Assembly: GCA_977017575.1 (NCBI GenBank)
Contig: CDRNVI010000044.1
Location: forward strand, 868,001-932,000
DNA length: 64,000 bases
Direction of reading: 5' to 3'
DNA from: Paramoeba atlantica
Taxonomy: Eukaryota; Protista; Discosea
In this document: positions 61,358 to 64,000 of the stretch, one piece after another
Layout of the letters: every line of letters begins with the position of its first letter
How positions within the stretch are numbered: the stretch's first letter is position 1
Notes under the pieces: model-generated
What the model was told of the DNA's origin: nothing
The model's database searches: none
What the model saw: the letters and a program-made list of their open reading frames with translations, nothing else
Position numbers and translations under genes: made by a program

Positions 61358-61730
61358 TGCACGGATCTTAAAACGAAGGCATAGGGTTGTGTTGGATTAT
61401 GAGTAGAAATCGGATGTACATGTAACTGTATGTTCGTGGAAAGTACATCCATTTTAGACATGCATACATAAACATGAATTTAATGCGCGTTATACATGTA
61501 TGCATGTAATATATTTACTATCCCCCCGATTCAATGGGGTTCCGAATTTGTGCAATATTACACGCACACTATTGGCCTATATTGCAATTGCATGACTTTA
61601 AAAAGGCGAGCTTATTATAGTCTATAACAGTAGACTTATGGATGAAAACGGCCGGCTTAGAAAGGCTTGATACAGTCCGCGTTGTTGTCCAAAATATCTG
61701 TTACTGTACCTTATAGCCCGCTGCAAAACT

Positions 61731-62636
61731 TTAAGCAGACCAGAAAAGCTTTTGTTTCATTTGTTTCCGCAACTGCACTGCATCCATACCATCCCGCCCG
61801 TGGCGACAACCCGTGCTATCCATGACGGCTACTACAATGGGAGGAAATGCATTGGCGCGCACAATCCCATCGGTCAAACGAAATTCCATCACAGAATACT
61901 CCAGCACTTTTTCTGGCTTCTGCTTTCCGTCCAAGTATTCCAACCCCTTTACGCAGTACGTAATTTGTAGCCAATCTTCCTGAGGTAAACAACCATAAAA
62001 CGAAGCAATCGGTGTGAATTCAATAACTTCAAGTGAGTATACATCAGAGGATATGTGGCTTGAGGCACCATTTTGCAGATCTTTGCTTTTCGACGACAAG
62101 TAGTTTCCAGGTACTTTATCTGTCATTGCCATGTGACGCCATTTTGACCCCATTTTTACTTTCCGCAGTTCGGCGCTTCGCGTCTCTCTCAGACGCATGG
62201 CCTCCCCGGGTGTGGTAAACTGTCCCAAATTCATTAATTCCGCATCGTTTCGAGAGTGGCTGAGACGTTTGTATTGAAGATAACGATCTAATATGACCGT
62301 TTTGGTCAAATCCGGCCGACGGTCACGAAGACGTCGTAAAGACATCCACAAAGAAGCCCTGGCTTTTAAGCTCTGCCAAGAACCCCAACCCAGTGGTGCG
62401 ATTGAGGTCTCCATGACGCAGTCTAGGGAGGTGTATGATTGAGTCGCAGCAGCCTTTTCGGAATCGAAATCGTAGGTCGTGGGGAAAATTTGATTTTGTT
62501 GTTCTGCATTTCGCAAACGACTATTTATGTTCCCATGTCGAATTGAGCTCAAGATCACAGCGTCTTTGAGGTGCAAAATGCTTCCAAAGTTGTCAACTCT
62601 AAAGGCGGAAAGTTGATTTGTGATCAAACGTTTCAT
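61731..62636 (-). CDS. Tim44-like domain protein (mL45/Mba1-like), mitochondrial
   Basis: WLQITYCV...KVLEYSVME resembles the Tim44-like C-terminal strands of mL45/Mba1; basic N-terminus from ATG 62636. Confidence 0.5.
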   Translation of the reverse strand: MKRLITNQLSAFRVDNFGSILHLKDAVILSSIRHGNINSRLRNAEQQNQIFPTTYDFDSEKAAATQSYTSLDCVMETSIAPLGWGSWQSLKARASLWMSLRRLRDRRPDLTKTVILDRYLQYKRLSHSRNDAELMNLGQFTTPGEAMRLRETRSAELRKVKMGSKWRHMAMTDKVPGNYLSSKSKDLQNGASSHISSDVYSLEVIEFTPIASFYGCLPQEDWLQITYCVKGLEYLDGKQKPEKVLEYSVMEFRLTDGIVRANAFPPIVVAVMDSTGCRHGRDGMDAVQLRKQMKQKLFWSA

Positions 62637-62916
62637 TATTTTTTCACAAGCTAAGAAATGATATTGAGAAAGCAAGTTATCCTTGGTACAGTGTGAAATT
62701 GTTCAATAATATTGAATATTAAAGGCCTTTGAAGTATGCCATTGTACGTTGTTTACGGGTCATTTCAAGTAAACGATACAGCATTTCTAATACGAATGGC
62801 AAGTATTTTTCATCTGAAGAATAGTGTTTCCGAAAAACAGACGCGGCTATTCTTATATTTCTAGTATGAGCTACTATTCACACTTCACGTCTTAATGATA
62901 TGATCTGTATTATTTT

Positions 62917-64000
62917 TTAACAGTTCAGCTCACGAATTTCGTTGTATTTAGAAGAGGTAGTTTCTTTCAGGCATGCATGAGCAGAGTGAATGAGTTTTAA
63001 CGCACTGCGTTTTGTGAGATATTTAACTGCATTTGCTGAGCCATCTTTTCCTTTGAAAAGATTTGCGCTTGTTTCCTTTAATCGTTGAAGAAGTTTTTCT
63101 GGATCTGACTGTGCAAGTTGTTTTATGGTGCGGTATCCTGCCTGCCAAAGTAGCCGTGCGCGAGTCGCTTGTACTCCTTTGATAGCCATAAGTGGTAAAA
63201 CATCCGGACGTACACCGTATCCAAGCCGCTTCACATATCCGGACAGAACAGACTCCAAGGCATACCATCCCATCGCTTGAGCAAAAGCGGTCATGCAAGT
63301 GCTGAAAAAAGATGCTGACTTCATCAGGTTTTGTATTTGGCCTGGTAGAATATTGTAGCGTTCCGCCACAGTATCTACCGGAACCTCGCGCAATAAATCG
63401 AAAAGTATGAGAGCACTCCAAAAGCGCCTGGTTGCGAAATGAGCACGTCGGGATGTGTGTGGACTTTTCCTATTTCCTTCTGTAGGGTTCTGAAGCGAAT
63501 TATCTTCAACAACGTTCAAGCATATGCCTGAAGCCCGGAGTTGAATGAAATGCTCTGAAACACCAATAGATTCCGCAATGTTCATTTGCAAAGCCGATAA
63601 ATGGCTTAATCGTCTTTGATACGTCGACCAGTGAGGCTCCAGCATATCGCGAATAGGGGTTAACATATACACAATGTGAAGATCATCTTCCATGATAAGT
63701 CCTTTCCGCTGCACATCTACAATCTCCGAGTGTATGAGTAAAGCATCAGGAATTGGCAAATTTGATCGAAATACACTTAAGCCAAGAGGTGAGAGTTCGT
63801 AGAATTCTGCTGATTTGCAATAAATCGAATTCCGACATTCGGAACGTTTAGTGAAGTAATCTGGAGTCCCTGGTGCGCCACGCTCCGTAGAATACTTGTG
63901 AGAAAGTGTGCTAGCGTATTCTGTTGTCGTTCGTCCTCCTATCGCGACCTTATGAAATAACTTGTTTTCTTCTAATAAGCGTAGCGCTTCTAACGTTTTG
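62917..64000 (-). CDS. HELQ: HELQ/Hel308-type helicase, C-terminal part (5' end lies beyond the window)
   Basis: The frame is open to the window edge (LSPLGLSVFRSNL...LHIVYMLTP...LLPL-like VLPLMAIKGVQATRARLLWQAGY). It ends without a polymerase domain. Confidence 0.8.
   Translation of the reverse strand, partial: KTLEALRLLEENKLFHKVAIGGRTTTEYASTLSHKYSTERGAPGTPDYFTKRSECRNSIYCKSAEFYELSPLGLSVFRSNLPIPDALLIHSEIVDVQRKGLIMEDDLHIVYMLTPIRDMLEPHWSTYQRRLSHLSALQMNIAESIGVSEHFIQLRASGICLNVVEDNSLQNPTEGNRKSPHTSRRAHFATRRFWSALILFDLLREVPVDTVAERYNILPGQIQNLMKSASFFSTCMTAFAQAMGWYALESVLSGYVKRLGYGVRPDVLPLMAIKGVQATRARLLWQAGYRTIKQLAQSDPEKLLQRLKETSANLFKGKDGSANAVKYLTKRSALKLIHSAHACLKETTSSKYNEIRELNC

Noticed and set aside
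851-63421. Numerous short plus-strand and alternate-frame ORFs in the track
   Set aside because: They are shadows overlapping conserved minus-strand genes and have no recognisable motifs.
1-64000. tRNA, rRNA or U snRNA genes
   Set aside because: No convincing cloverleaf, rRNA block or U6 ACAGAG box context was recognised by eye; tRNAscan-SE or Infernal would be decisive.
62917-64000. DNA polymerase theta
   Set aside because: The ORF terminates right after the helicase C-terminal domain with no family A polymerase, which fits HELQ.

Overview
Eukaryotic, intron-free, gene-dense window. All recognisable host genes (about 27) lie on the minus strand, like a kinetoplastid directional gene cluster. 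The single-cysteine FAPCH cytochrome c1 places it in Euglenozoa. The LPxxLxxLxLxxNxFxG LRR protein and compact spacing suggest a Perkinsela-like kinetoplastid (inference). Host genes: two SV2-like MFS transporters, Vps53, a DUF179 protein, GRP94, a PhyH-fold protein, PIG-P, a kinesin, uS17m, Prp16, Mago, Cdc5, an Rmp1/NEPRO-like ORF, SmD1, DPM2, eIF4A-III, an LRR protein, Pol epsilon, an eIF2B-gamma-like protein, cytochrome c1, a 5'-nucleotidase, a Trf4-like nucleotidyltransferase, a Tim44-like protein, partial HELQ and two hypothetical proteins. Three transposon islands interrupt the cluster (about 6.3-7.5, 13.6-15.7 and 30.7-39.5 kb). They contain TA-flanked MITEs, a Tc1 element nested in a foldback-like element, a two-ORF PIF/Harbinger-type (DDE_Tnp_4) element inserted into a dispersed repeat, and a 5'-truncated CRE-like retrotransposon. 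The most notable observations are a tight spliceosome/EJC gene cluster, an RNase MRP-subunit-like ORF inside it, and class II transposons in a kinetoplastid-like genome. All family assignments come from motif recognition by eye; no database searches were run.
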